This document shows, piece by piece, positions 38,717 through 48,537 of a DNA stretch of 64,000 nucleotides. Below the pieces are notes generated by a model. That model searched no databases and was not told the origin of the DNA. It was given only the letters and a program-made list of their open reading frames with translations. The DNA is taken from positions 3,776,001-3,840,000 of the forward strand of contig OZ241867.1 of the NCBI GenBank assembly GCA_965203175.1, written 5' to 3'. Position 1 is the first letter of the stretch, and each line of letters begins with the position of its first letter. The translations under genes were made by a program, and so were the position numbers. This DNA comes from Candidatus Latescibacterota bacterium. GTDB taxonomy: Bacteria; Latescibacterota; UBA2968; UBA8231.

Positions 38717-41353
38717 GTGCGAACCGCGCCCACCGGCCGCTTGGCCTCGGTGCTGTTGCTGGCTTGTTGTCTGGCGATTTCGGCCTGCGTCTATTTCAAT
38801 ACGTTTTACAACGCCAAAAAATCCTTCCGCGAGGCCGAGAAAGAACGGCGCAAACACGAAGAGACCTACGCCGACTGGGCCTTTGACCGGGCTGGCCCCG
38901 AATTGCAGCAGCAGCGCTCGCAGCAGGCCGACCAACTCTACGACAAAGCAGTGCGCAAGGCGTCCAAGGTGCTCGACAAATACAAGGAGAGCGACTTGGT
39001 TGACGACGCCATGTTCCTGATCGGCCAAGCGTATTACTGGCGCGGCGAATACCTCAATGCCCAAGAGTCGTTCCGCGACTTGGAGACCTTTTTCCCTGCT
39101 AGTCCGTACTTTGATCAATCCCGCTACTGGCGCGCCCGCTGTCTAGAGGAGCAGCGGATTGACGACCAAGCGCAGTCGCTCTACCGAGTACTTTTTGACG
39201 AGGCCGAAGAAAAGATCGCCGTCCAAGCGGGCCTGCACTTGGCCGAGATGGCGCACGACCGCGAGGACTACGTCGCGGCCATGCGGGAATATCGGGCGAC
39301 GCTGGAGGCCTTTCCCAAAAGCGCGGTGCGCGCCCAGTTGTGGTTGCGCTTGGGCGAGGCGCTGATGGCCTTAGAGGATCCGGCTCGCCTAAACGAGGCG
39401 CTAGCGGCCTTCGACGAGGCGCTGCAGGCCAACCCAAGTGACGATGAAAAATACCGCGCCCAGCTTAACAGCGGCCGCGCGCGCTACGCCATGGGCGCGG
39501 AGGACGAAGCCCTAGACATATACGTCAGCCTACTCGACGAGGGTCGCTTCCGCCGCTTTGAGGGACGCACCCGGCTCCTAATTGGCGAGTGGTATCAGGG
39601 CCGCCGCTTGCTCAATGAGGCCTTGGCCGAGTACGAGCAGGTCCGCAACGACTTTCCCCAAACGCCCTCTGCGGCCATGGCCTTGTATCGCATCGGCTTG
39701 CTGCGCCTACAAGAATACGGGGATACCGAGCTGGCGCGCGAGTACCTTGAGGAGAGCAGCCGCGAGAGCCCAGGAGCACAGGGCGTGCTTTTGGCACAGG
39801 AGATGCTAGGGCACATGCACCGGCTGGAGCAGATCCAGCGCCAGATCCACCGCGCTGATTCGCTCTACGCCGACTCGCTGGGCGCGGTGCAGGGGCCGCT
39901 GTTGTGGCAGGCAGAGGAAGCTCCGGCCGATACGGTAGTGGTGGCGCAGAGTTTGGATGTGCTGGACGACCTGTTCAGCGCGTGCGAACTCTATCGCCAC
40001 GAGATCGGCCAAGCCGATTCGGCTCGCGCATATTACGAGGAGGTTCTCCGCCGCTTTCCCGACAGCGACCAATTGCCTCGCGCCGTGTACAGTCTCGCTT
40101 GGATCGAGCTGCAATTGCGCGGCGACGCAGAGGGCGCTAGGCCCTATTTGCTGCGGTTGATCGAAGAATTTCCAACCTCGGCTCACGCCAACGAGGCTCG
40201 TCACCTGCTGGGGCAAAAGGCCGAGGCCACAGCCGAAGAGCTAGGGGCGCGCGAGTTTGCGCGGATCGAGACATTGCGCCTAGCGCAACCCGAAGCCACG
40301 GAAGCGTACATCCCCCTGTTGGACAGTTTGAGCCACGCCTTCGTCGGAACTCAGAGTGGGGCCCAAGCGGCGTTTTTAGCGGCCAACACCTACGAGAATG
40401 TCGTCGGCGATACGACTGCAGCCGAGCAGCGCTATCAATTGTTGCGCGAAGAGTTCGCCGAGACGCGATTTGGCAAGCTGGCCCAGCAGCGGTGGGAAGC
40501 GCGCGAGGAAAGGCTCATCGACAAGTTAGAGCGCAGCCTGAAGGCGGTCGGCGGCCAGCTCGGTGCGGGGGAGCATATCAAACTGCTCGCCTTGGAACCA
40601 GACACGCTCGACTCCGTGTCCTTGGCGCGCAAATACATCGGCTTTGCCGAGCGCGCGCAGCGGCACGGCGACGTTGCGCTAGCCCGCGATTTTTACGAGC
40701 GCAGCATCGACCAGCAGGTCGCTAACCCGCGCGCCCTGTATCAACTCGGCAACATCAACTGGGAGGAGGGCTATTTCAACGATGCTGTCGAGTTCTACCG
40801 TCAGGCTCTGTCTTTTGACAAGAGGAACCTCAACCTTTACTACCGGCTCTGGCGCGCCTTTACCGAGCAGGGCGTAGAGGATTCGGCCAATTACTACCTG
40901 CGGGAGGTTGCACGGCGCGATCGGAACAGCGCGCAAATTCGCTTCCTAGTGGAGAAGTACCCGGATTTTCAGGGAGGCCAAGACCGCGAGGATTTGGACC
41001 TAGAAGCGATGATCGAGCTCGACTTATCAATTCCTCCTGACGAACTGGGGTGGAAGGAGGGGGATCTAGCGCTGAGCGATTGGCCGTTGGTGCGGCAGGT
41101 GGTGCGGCCAGTCTATCCGGCGGCGGCTGAGGATTCGGCCGAGGTGTTGCTCGACGTGCTGATTGACCGCGAGGGACGGCCCGAGCAAGTGGAGGTCTTT
41201 CGCGGAGATCCCCCTTTTGTCGATAACGCAGTAACTGCGGCGTATGGCTATAGATTCTATCCCGCAGTGCGCCGCAACGGCGAGGAGATCAAGTCTTGGG
41301 TCGAGTTGGCCGTGCCGTTTGGCCTGCCGCAAGAAGAAGGGGAAGAGCCGTGA
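38717..41353 (+). CDS. TPR-repeat lipoprotein (SprE/PorW-like N-terminus) with a C-terminal TonB-like domain
   Basis: AGGAG RBS, GTG start, lipobox ISAC followed by VYFNTFYNAKK; many TPR repeats; C-terminal PVYP...VLIDREG...A..YRFYPA...G..IKSWV..VPF. Confidence 0.75.
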   Translation: MRTAPTGRLASVLLLACCLAISACVYFNTFYNAKKSFREAEKERRKHEETYADWAFDRAGPELQQQRSQQADQLYDKAVRKASKVLDKYKESDLVDDAMFLIGQAYYWRGEYLNAQESFRDLETFFPASPYFDQSRYWRARCLEEQRIDDQAQSLYRVLFDEAEEKIAVQAGLHLAEMAHDREDYVAAMREYRATLEAFPKSAVRAQLWLRLGEALMALEDPARLNEALAAFDEALQANPSDDEKYRAQLNSGRARYAMGAEDEALDIYVSLLDEGRFRRFEGRTRLLIGEWYQGRRLLNEALAEYEQVRNDFPQTPSAAMALYRIGLLRLQEYGDTELAREYLEESSRESPGAQGVLLAQEMLGHMHRLEQIQRQIHRADSLYADSLGAVQGPLLWQAEEAPADTVVVAQSLDVLDDLFSACELYRHEIGQADSARAYYEEVLRRFPDSDQLPRAVYSLAWIELQLRGDAEGARPYLLRLIEEFPTSAHANEARHLLGQKAEATAEELGAREFARIETLRLAQPEATEAYIPLLDSLSHAFVGTQSGAQAAFLAANTYENVVGDTTAAEQRYQLLREEFAETRFGKLAQQRWEAREERLIDKLERSLKAVGGQLGAGEHIKLLALEPDTLDSVSLARKYIGFAERAQRHGDVALARDFYERSIDQQVANPRALYQLGNINWEEGYFNDAVEFYRQALSFDKRNLNLYYRLWRAFTEQGVEDSANYYLREVARRDRNSAQIRFLVEKYPDFQGGQDREDLDLEAMIELDLSIPPDELGWKEGDLALSDWPLVRQVVRPVYPAAAEDSAEVLLDVLIDREGRPEQVEVFRGDPPFVDNAVTAAYGYRFYPAVRRNGEEIKSWVELAVPFGLPQEEGEEP

Positions 41354-42168
41354 TTGACGAGCAAGCGCGCCTGTTGAGAAACCGCGAAGTCGCCGCGGAC
41401 TTCTACTTGGCGCGCCTTAACGCGCCCTACATTGCAGCGCGGATCGAGCCAGGTCAGTTCGTCAACATCCAGGTTGGCACAGGGGTCGATCCTTTGTTGC
41501 GCATCCCGCTGAGCGTGAGCGGCGTCGGTCAAAATCGCCATAGGGGTATTATCGAGGTATTGTACGAGGTGGTCGGGCCTAAGACCCGGGCGCTGAGCCA
41601 GTTTGAGCCGGATATCATTCTGCCGACCCTCGGTCCGCTGGGCAAGAGGTTCGTGCTGCCGCCCAAGGACACGCACGTCGTACTAGTCGGAGGTGGCATT
41701 GGTGTGCCGCCGTTGCTGTACTGGGGATTGGAGCTGAGGCAGCGTGAGTACCAAACTGCGCTGTTGGTCGGGGCGCGAACCGCGGACAAACACCTGCCCA
41801 GCGAGTTGCTTACACCGGCTGCGAACGCAGTGCGCCTTGCTACCGACGACGGCAGCCTCGGGCACTCGGGCTTGGTCACCGATCTGTTGCAGCGTGAGCT
41901 AACTGAAAAAGGGCAGTGCGCGGTCTATTGCTGCGGCCCGCACGGGATGATGCAGGCCGTGGCCGCCATGTGCATAGAGGCCCAAGTTCCGTGCCAGGTT
42001 TCTCTCGAAGAGTACATGGCTTGCGGCATTGGCATCTGCGTGGGCTGCGCCGTCGAGTTGGCGACGGCAAAAGGCGACACGGACTACGGCCGCTACGCCC
42101 GCGTCTGCGTGGATGGGCCGGCGTTCGACGCGCGGCAGATAAAATGGGGCAACGCATGGCCGACCTGA
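41350..42168 (+). CDS. pyrK: Dihydroorotate dehydrogenase B electron-transfer subunit
   Basis: PGQF, LRIPLS, GPLG, GGGIGVPP, CGP, MACGIGICVGC...CVDGP; GTGA overlap. Confidence 0.92.
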   Translation: MIDEQARLLRNREVAADFYLARLNAPYIAARIEPGQFVNIQVGTGVDPLLRIPLSVSGVGQNRHRGIIEVLYEVVGPKTRALSQFEPDIILPTLGPLGKRFVLPPKDTHVVLVGGGIGVPPLLYWGLELRQREYQTALLVGARTADKHLPSELLTPAANAVRLATDDGSLGHSGLVTDLLQRELTEKGQCAVYCCGPHGMMQAVAAMCIEAQVPCQVSLEEYMACGIGICVGCAVELATAKGDTDYGRYARVCVDGPAFDARQIKWGNAWPT

Positions 42169-43070
42169 GCATAGACTTTGCCGGCGTGCAACTGCGCAAC
42201 CCAGTGCTGCTGGCTTCGGGCACCTGCAACTACGGTCAGGAGCTTTTGCCGCTGACTGATTTTGCGCGCTTGGGTGGGCTGGTCACCAAGACTATTACTC
42301 CGCAGCCGCGAGGCGGCAACCCCCCTCAGCGCATCGTCGAGACACCGGCCGGAATGCTCAATTCTATTGGCTTGCAAAACCCTGGGCTGGAGGCTTTTGT
42401 CGAGAAGCAATGGCCCTTGTTGGCCAGTTTGGACGCGCAGGTGGTGGTAAATATCGCCGGATTCGCGGTCGAGGAATTCGGGCAGATGGCGGCGAGCCTC
42501 GAAGCGTTGGCAGGCATTGCTGCGCTCGAAGTCAATATATCCTGTCCTAATGTCGAGGCCGGAGGCGACAATTTCGCCACTCGGCCTCAGACCGCGGCCG
42601 CAGCCATTGCCGCGGTCCGCAGCCGCACTCAGCGGCCGGTCATCGCCAAGCTGACGCCCAATGTCACAGATATTGCCGAAATCGCCCGCGCCGTAGTGGA
42701 TGCGGGTGCGGATGCAGTCTCGCTGATCAATACGCTCGTTGGCATGGCCATTGACGTGGAGCGGCGGCGGCCCGTCTTGGGCGGTATTACCGGTGGCTTG
42801 TCCGGTCCGGCGATCAAGCCCGTGGCTCTCGCCATGGTGTGGAAGGTAGCCCAAGCTGTTGCCGTACCCGTCATGGGCATCGGCGGTATCACCACTGCGA
42901 GCGACGTCCTAGAATTTATGGTTGCCGGTGCTTCTGCCGTCCAAGTCGGCACGGCCAGTTTCGCCAATCCCAACGCCGGCGTCGAAATCGTCGAGGGTCT
43001 CCACGCCTATTGCGACGAACGCGGCATTGACCGGATCGCCTCGCTGGTGGGCAGCTTGCGTGTTAGCTGA
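42156..43070 (+). CDS. pyrD: Dihydroorotate dehydrogenase (family 1B) catalytic subunit
   Basis: ASGT, GNPPQR, NSIGLQNPG, NISCPN, KLTPNVTDI, GGLSGPAIKP; ATG at 42156. Confidence 0.95.
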   Translation: MADLSIDFAGVQLRNPVLLASGTCNYGQELLPLTDFARLGGLVTKTITPQPRGGNPPQRIVETPAGMLNSIGLQNPGLEAFVEKQWPLLASLDAQVVVNIAGFAVEEFGQMAASLEALAGIAALEVNISCPNVEAGGDNFATRPQTAAAAIAAVRSRTQRPVIAKLTPNVTDIAEIARAVVDAGADAVSLINTLVGMAIDVERRRPVLGGITGGLSGPAIKPVALAMVWKVAQAVAVPVMGIGGITTASDVLEFMVAGASAVQVGTASFANPNAGVEIVEGLHAYCDERGIDRIASLVGSLRVS

Positions 43071-43213
43071 GGGAGAGGTCGGCTGATTGCATAGAGTACG
43101 TCTATGTACTTGAACTCGCAGCCGATTTGGCGTCCGCCAACCAGTCCACTTCGAATATTCTGAACCCACATACATCCTTGTTTTTTTGAAGTGTCGCTTT
43201 AAATTTTCAAGGT

Positions 43214-44404
43214 ATGATTCCACGCCGGACCCATAGAATCGTTGCCAACGCCTTGAGCCGCCAAGCAGCGGTCGCCCTAATCGGGCCGCGTCAGGTTGGC
43301 AAGACGACGCTCGCTTACGAGATCGCCGAGCGTACAGACGCGCTATACCTAGACCTTGAATCGAGTGTCGATCGGGCGAAACTCGCCGATGCGAGGTTTT
43401 TTCTCGCCGAGTACGAAGATCGTTTAGTCGTTCTCGATGAGATCCATCGTGCGCCCGGGCTATTTCCCGAGCTCCGTGGCATGATCGACCAAGGCCGGAG
43501 ACGCGGCAAGCGGACGGGGCGGTTCCTAATTCTCGGATCGGCGTCCGTAGATCTGCTTAGACAGTCGGGGGAGAGTTTGGCTGGACGGATCGAGTACGTG
43601 CCGCTCAACCCATTCGACGTGCTGGATGTGTCGCCGGAGGTCGCGTCCACGACCGAACTGTGGGTGCGCGGTGGATTTCCAGACAGTCTTCTGGCAGCGA
43701 GCGGCGATGACAGCCTAATTTTTCGCCGCAACCTGATTCGCACCTACTTGGAACGAGACGTATCCGAATTTACCGGACGGCGCATACCAGCCGAGACGCT
43801 GGAGCGGCTGTGGACCATGCTCGCGCATGGCCAAGGTGCGCTGCTTAATGCATCGAAGCTAGCCGCTAGCTTGATGGTCAGTAGCCCAACGGTGGCCGGC
43901 TACATTGATTTGCTGGTTGATCTGTTGTTGGTGCGCCGCCTGCGGCCGTTCCACTCCAGCACTGGAAAGCGCCTCGTTAAGTCTCCCAAAATTTACATCC
44001 GAGATAGTGGTCTGGTTCACGCCCTACTCGGCCTTGATAGCCACAATGCACTCATTGGCCATCCGGTCGCCGGTGCTAGTTGGGAAGGGTTTGTCATCGA
44101 GAACCTGTTAGCGGCGGCCCCACCCGGAACCGCCGCGCACTTCTACCGCACCCAAGCCGGGGCCGAGATTGACTTGGTATTGGAGTTGCCGGGAGAGAGC
44201 GCACCTTGGGCCATCGAAGTCAAACTGGGGTTGACGCCTAGCATTGGTCGCGGGTTCTACAACGCCTGCGAGGACGTCGCGCCGCAACGAACCTTCATTG
44301 TTTACTCAGGGGATGACCGCTACCCGCTATCAACGGACGTCGAAGCGATTGGTCTGCGGGCTATGACTAAGTTACTCTGTGAGCAAGTGCGCGGCAGTGA
44401 TTGA
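43214..44404 (+). CDS. AAA_14 ATPase with a DUF4143 C-terminal domain
   Basis: GPRQVGKTT, LDEIH, LGSAS, ESLAGR, GGFP, KSPKIY..DSGL, EIDLV...IEVK. Confidence 0.9.
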   Translation: MIPRRTHRIVANALSRQAAVALIGPRQVGKTTLAYEIAERTDALYLDLESSVDRAKLADARFFLAEYEDRLVVLDEIHRAPGLFPELRGMIDQGRRRGKRTGRFLILGSASVDLLRQSGESLAGRIEYVPLNPFDVLDVSPEVASTTELWVRGGFPDSLLAASGDDSLIFRRNLIRTYLERDVSEFTGRRIPAETLERLWTMLAHGQGALLNASKLAASLMVSSPTVAGYIDLLVDLLLVRRLRPFHSSTGKRLVKSPKIYIRDSGLVHALLGLDSHNALIGHPVAGASWEGFVIENLLAAAPPGTAAHFYRTQAGAEIDLVLELPGESAPWAIEVKLGLTPSIGRGFYNACEDVAPQRTFIVYSGDDRYPLSTDVEAIGLRAMTKLLCEQVRGSD

Positions 44405-44428
44405 ATCCTATACCACGACTAGCGAAAA

Positions 44429-44983
44429 TTATCCGCGTCTAAATTGTCCCGCCAAGTTGAGAGAGAATCCCGCCAACGTCGGCGAAGCCAAGGTTTGCCC
44501 CTCCCCGTAAGTGCCGATAGTCTCAAAGCGGTGTTCGCCTAATAATAGCACCATCGCGGTTTTTGCATTGGGATCCACAAGCCAGTATTCCTTCACGCCG
44601 TGACGGGCATACAGATCGAGCTTGAGCGTTCTATCGCGCTCGGCCGTGGATGGCGACAGGACTTCGACGATTAGGTCGGGTGCGCCTTGAATGTTCTCGC
44701 GGGTGACGATGTGCGCTCGCTCAGAGGAGACGAACAGCAGGTCTGGTTGCACTACATCCGTGTCTGAAAGCACCACATCGGTGGGGGAAATGTACACCTC
44801 CCCCAAGTTGTGCTCATCTGAGAATAACCTCATTGCAAGATGGAGATTACCCAAGACGTACTGATGAGCCGTAAGCGGTGCTGGCTCCATAACCAACAAC
44901 TCTCCGTCCAACAGTTCGTAGCGTTCGTCGTCGGGCGTTTTCAGATAGCTCTCGTATGTAAGTTTGGTTTCTGTGCTCGCCAT
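44429..44983 (-). CDS. Uma2/DUF820 family PD-(D/E)XK endonuclease-like protein
   Basis: RYELLDG, VQPDLLFV, APDLIVEVLSPST, Y...GVKEYWLVDP; ATG at 44983 with a GGAGG RBS. Confidence 0.9.
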   Translation of the reverse strand: MASTETKLTYESYLKTPDDERYELLDGELLVMEPAPLTAHQYVLGNLHLAMRLFSDEHNLGEVYISPTDVVLSDTDVVQPDLLFVSSERAHIVTRENIQGAPDLIVEVLSPSTAERDRTLKLDLYARHGVKEYWLVDPNAKTAMVLLLGEHRFETIGTYGEGQTLASPTLAGFSLNLAGQFRRG

Positions 44984-45058
44984 AGTTGCATTCCTCCACT
45001 GACGGTCTGATTTATCTATACTGTGAATGTCGTGCAATGGCAACCCTTCCGTGGCCTG

Positions 45059-45679
45059 CTACTGCATCGGCACAAAGCGCACGGGTAGGAGTTTGCGCTG
45101 GCTGAGGCTGGTTGCGCTGCGCTCTACTAAAACCAAGTGCTGGCGTTGGGTGCCTAGCGGGAGAATGAAACGGCCGTTCGGCGCTAGTTGTTCAGTTAGA
45201 GCGGGTGGGATGGTCGCGGGTGCGGCCGAGCATACGATGGCGTCAAAAGGGGCGGCCTCGGGCCAGCCCATGCGGCCGTCGCCGACGCGGAGGGCGACAT
45301 GTTCATAGCCTGTATCGGCGAGCACACGACGGGCCTGTGCGGCGAGCTGGGAAAAGAATTCAATGCTATAGACTTGCCCGGCCAGTTCGGCGAGTAGGGC
45401 GGTTTGGTATCCAGAGCCGGTGCCGATCTCCAAGACTCGGTCTTCGTCCCGTAGGCCGAGAGCCGAGAGCATGTAGGCCACTACGTACGGCTGTGAGATG
45501 GTCTGGTCCGCGCCGATGGCTAGCGGGTGATCGGCATACGCGTGGGAGCGCAGGGCCTCTGGGACGTAGCAATGCCTTGGGACGCGGTCAAACGCCGCGA
45601 GTACGCGCGGGTCGCGAATGCCGCGCTGGCTGAGTTGCTCGCGCACCATAGCGCGGCGTTGGTCGGCGTAGGAAGTCAT
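45059..45679 (-). CDS. pcm: Protein-L-isoaspartate O-methyltransferase
   Basis: VPRH, QTISQP, VLEIGTGSGYQ, GDG..GW...APFD, VRFVPM. Confidence 0.95.
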   Translation of the reverse strand: MTSYADQRRAMVREQLSQRGIRDPRVLAAFDRVPRHCYVPEALRSHAYADHPLAIGADQTISQPYVVAYMLSALGLRDEDRVLEIGTGSGYQTALLAELAGQVYSIEFFSQLAAQARRVLADTGYEHVALRVGDGRMGWPEAAPFDAIVCSAAPATIPPALTEQLAPNGRFILPLGTQRQHLVLVERSATSLSQRKLLPVRFVPMQ

Positions 45680-46572
45680 TGTGCGCTCTGGAGAAGGGCT
45701 ATGGCAGCGTCTATTGCGGTCTCAGTGGGGATTGCAGCGATGTCGGCGGCCGGTGCTTGCAGGACTTGGCTGTGCTTGCTGCGCGGTGCCCACAGCCGGG
45801 GGGCGGTGGGGCCAAACAGCGTCAGGGTTGGGGTGCCGACGGCTGCGGCTATGTGCCCGGGGCCGGAGTCGTTGCCGATGAAGAGCGCGGCTTTGGCGAG
45901 CAGGCCGGCGAGGGAACGCAGGTCTGGGGGATGGAGCGTGGGCAGGCCGCCGACTGCGAACTGGCGTTCGCGTTCAACTGGGCCGCACAGGAGCGCGATA
46001 TGCCAGCCTCTTTTTTGCAGCGCACTGGCGAGGGCGTGGAAATTTGCCGGGGGCCAGCACTTGGCTGGCGAGCCGCTGCCTAGGTGGATGACGACTTCGG
46101 GCGCGGAGGGAAGCGCATCCACATAGCCGTAGTCGCCGGGTCGCAGTTCGATGTGCGGGGTGCGGTCGCAGACGGGCAGGTCCCATTGCCGCAAGGGACT
46201 TAGCAAGTGATCGACGATGTGCCCACGGAAATTAGCTGGGGGTCGCGGGTCCCACAGCAGCACGGGGCCGGCGACGGCTCGGCGCAGTTGCGGGCCGAAG
46301 TGTTGTTGGGCATCGACCGCGTAGGCTAGCACGCGCTGCGTAGCGGCGAAGAGCTGGCGCGTGGCCGGGGGAAGGGGCCCATCGCGGTGCAGGGGAATCA
46401 AGCGCGGGTCTTCGCCGTCGAGGATGGAGGCCGCGGGGCCGAGCGCTAGGGTCGCCGGGCGGCCGATGAGGCGCAAGCCGGCGGGAAAGGCCCGGCGCAC
46501 AGCATCGATGGCAGGCAGGGTGAGGACGAAATCTCCGATGGCTCCGCCGCGAAATAGGGTTATCGCGCTCAA
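45676..46572 (-). CDS. Glycosyltransferase family 9 (heptosyltransferase-like)
   Basis: GAIGD, HLGSG..AKCWP, IGNDSGPGHIAAA, LFGPT. Confidence 0.88.
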   Translation of the reverse strand: MSAITLFRGGAIGDFVLTLPAIDAVRRAFPAGLRLIGRPATLALGPAASILDGEDPRLIPLHRDGPLPPATRQLFAATQRVLAYAVDAQQHFGPQLRRAVAGPVLLWDPRPPANFRGHIVDHLLSPLRQWDLPVCDRTPHIELRPGDYGYVDALPSAPEVVIHLGSGSPAKCWPPANFHALASALQKRGWHIALLCGPVERERQFAVGGLPTLHPPDLRSLAGLLAKAALFIGNDSGPGHIAAAVGTPTLTLFGPTAPRLWAPRSKHSQVLQAPAADIAAIPTETAIDAAIALLQSAQ

Positions 46573-46671
46573 TTTTGCCGCTCCACTGCGGGAGTCTCTT
46601 GCTCACTATGACATTTTTGCGTAATTTTTACACTTCTGTTTGCTAGACAACTATTTGAAGGAGTTGGCCTT

Positions 46672-47289
46672 ATGGGGGCCTTGATTGGCAAGAAATTGGG
46701 AATGACGCAGGTGTACAACGACCGCGAGGATCTCACGCCGGTGACGATCGTCGCGGCGGGGCCCTGCCCGGTGGTACAAGTGCGAACTGAAGAGGACAAT
46801 GGATATTCGGCTTTGCAACTCGCATTCGACGAAGTGCCAGAGCGCAAGCTGACCAAGCCGCAAAAGGGCCATCTGGACAAGGCCGGTGTGAGCGGACACC
46901 GCATCCTGCGCGAATTTCGCGGCGAAGAGGGCGAGTTCGAGGTCGGCCAAGTCTTGGACGTGAGCCAGTTTGAAGTTGGCCACCGAGTCAAAGTGACGGG
47001 CAAATCCAAGGGCAAGGGGTTTGCCGGGGTGGTCAAGCGGCACGGTTTCCGCGGCAAGAACGCCAGCCACGGCACGCCCGATACCATACGCCACGGCGGC
47101 TCCATCGGCCAGGGCACGACGCCGGGCAAGGTGTGGAAGGGTAAGAAAATGTCCGGCCAGATGGGCAACAAGCGAGTCTCCACCAAGGGGTTAACCGTCG
47201 AACGGATCGACGCGGATCGCAACTTGCTTTTCCTCAAGGGGGCGGTGCCGGGGGGAGTCAACGGCTACGTCCTGATACAGACCATTTAA
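46672..47289 (+). CDS. rplC: 50S ribosomal protein L3
   Basis: GKKLGMTQ, PVT, GYSALQ, SKGKGFAGVVKRHGF, SHG, GSIG, KGKKMSGQMG, KGAVPG; AAGGAG RBS. Confidence 0.95.
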   Translation: MGALIGKKLGMTQVYNDREDLTPVTIVAAGPCPVVQVRTEEDNGYSALQLAFDEVPERKLTKPQKGHLDKAGVSGHRILREFRGEEGEFEVGQVLDVSQFEVGHRVKVTGKSKGKGFAGVVKRHGFRGKNASHGTPDTIRHGGSIGQGTTPGKVWKGKKMSGQMGNKRVSTKGLTVERIDADRNLLFLKGAVPGGVNGYVLIQTI

Positions 47290-47313
47290 GCCCCCTGCTT
47301 TGAGAGTGCTTGC

Positions 47314-47348
47314 GAGGCGATGCCCGGTGTGGCATCGCCTCTTTTTTT
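47314..47348 (+). terminator. Rho-independent terminator after rplC
   Basis: GAGGCGATGCC-cggtgt-GGCATCGCCTC-TTTTTTT. Confidence 0.85.
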
Positions 47349-47724
47349 ATCCAGGAGGCCACTGCATGGGGCGGCCGCCGAGCAAGTGGACGTGGAGGTG
47401 GGCCACCGTTTGCCCTCCGTCGTCGCCGGCGTTGATGACCAAGCGGTAGCCCGCTGCGGCTAGGCCCTGCTCTTCGGCGATCTGGCTGGCCTTGAGCAGC
47501 AAGTGGCCGAGCAGGGGGCCGTGATCGGGAGCGGCGTACTGCACGCCAGCGACGACTTCCTTGGGGATGACGAGGATGTGCGTCGGAGCTTGGGGTTGGA
47601 TGTCGCGAAAGGCCAGACAGTCGTCGTCCTCATAGACAATGTCGGCGGGAATTTCGCGGCGGATGATTTTGCTGAAAATAGTTTCACCGCCTGAAGGCGG
47701 CGGGAAAAGCGTTTCCTCGTTCAT
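47347..47724 (-). CDS. Histidine triad nucleotide-binding protein (HINT-like)
   Basis: IFSKII..EIP, AFRDIQPQAPTHILVIPK, GQTV.HLHVHLLGGR, WPPG*. Confidence 0.93.
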   Translation of the reverse strand: MNEETLFPPPSGGETIFSKIIRREIPADIVYEDDDCLAFRDIQPQAPTHILVIPKEVVAGVQYAAPDHGPLLGHLLLKASQIAEEQGLAAAGYRLVINAGDDGGQTVAHLHVHLLGGRPMQWPPG

Positions 47725-47816
47725 CGGCCTTTCTCTCATGGCTTAGGGATTGGGTTGCGGCGGATTATAGGCGCAGCGGCTGGAAACGTCAAGCGAACTG
47801 CTGCGATTGCGCTACT

Positions 47817-48533
47817 ATGGATTTGAGCATCGTCATACCCGCGTACAACGAAGAGAAGCGGATTCTCATCGCCTTGGAGCAGACGCTCGCGTTGCTACAG
47901 CAGCGTCCGTGGTCCTGTGAATTGCTGGTTGTAGATGACGGCAGCACCGACCGCACGGTCTCCTGTGTTGCGGAGTACGCCCACGCGCACCCGCAGGTTC
48001 GCTGCGTGCAAAATGATCGCAACCGAGGCAAAGGCTATTCCGTGCAGCACGGCGTGGCCGAGGCCCAAGGCCGGTACATCGGCTTTATGGACGGCGACTA
48101 CAAGACCGACATCGCCGCGCTCGATCAGGTGATGCCTCTATTGGAAGCAGGGTGGGACGGAGCGATCGGCGACCGGACGCTGAGCGCGACGGAATTCGTC
48201 GTCGCGCGCCGACGCTATCGGCAGTGGGGGACCGAGGCGTTTGGCTGGCTCTTGCGCGCGCTGATGGGCTTGGGCGAGTTCGGCGATACGCAGTGTGGGT
48301 TTAAGTTTTTTCAGGCCGAGGTAGTGCGCGATCTTTGCGCGCGGCAGCAGATCGCTGGGTTTATGTTCGACGTGGAGCTACTGCTGCTGGCGCGCCAATC
48401 GGGCTACCGCATCGCAAAGATTCCTGTAAAATGGCGTTTCGACCCAGACAGCCGCTTTAATCCGGTGACCGGGACGCTGGCCAATCTCAAGGATTTGGCG
48501 CGGATCCGTTGGGTGCATCGCCGTCGGCCTTGA
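47817..48533 (+). CDS. GT2 polyprenyl-phosphate glycosyltransferase (Alg5/DPG synthase-like)
   Basis: LSIVIPAYNE, VDDGSTD, NRGKG, FMDGD, DTQCGFKFF, FDVE. Confidence 0.88.
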   Translation: MDLSIVIPAYNEEKRILIALEQTLALLQQRPWSCELLVVDDGSTDRTVSCVAEYAHAHPQVRCVQNDRNRGKGYSVQHGVAEAQGRYIGFMDGDYKTDIAALDQVMPLLEAGWDGAIGDRTLSATEFVVARRRYRQWGTEAFGWLLRALMGLGEFGDTQCGFKFFQAEVVRDLCARQQIAGFMFDVELLLLARQSGYRIAKIPVKWRFDPDSRFNPVTGTLANLKDLARIRWVHRRRP

Positions 48534-48537
48534 GCGG

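Noticed and set aside
3251-47348. REP-like family formed by hairpins sharing CGATG/CATCG (3251, 28870, 47314)
   Set aside because: The shared core is only 5-7 bp, and two of the three are explained as ordinary terminators.
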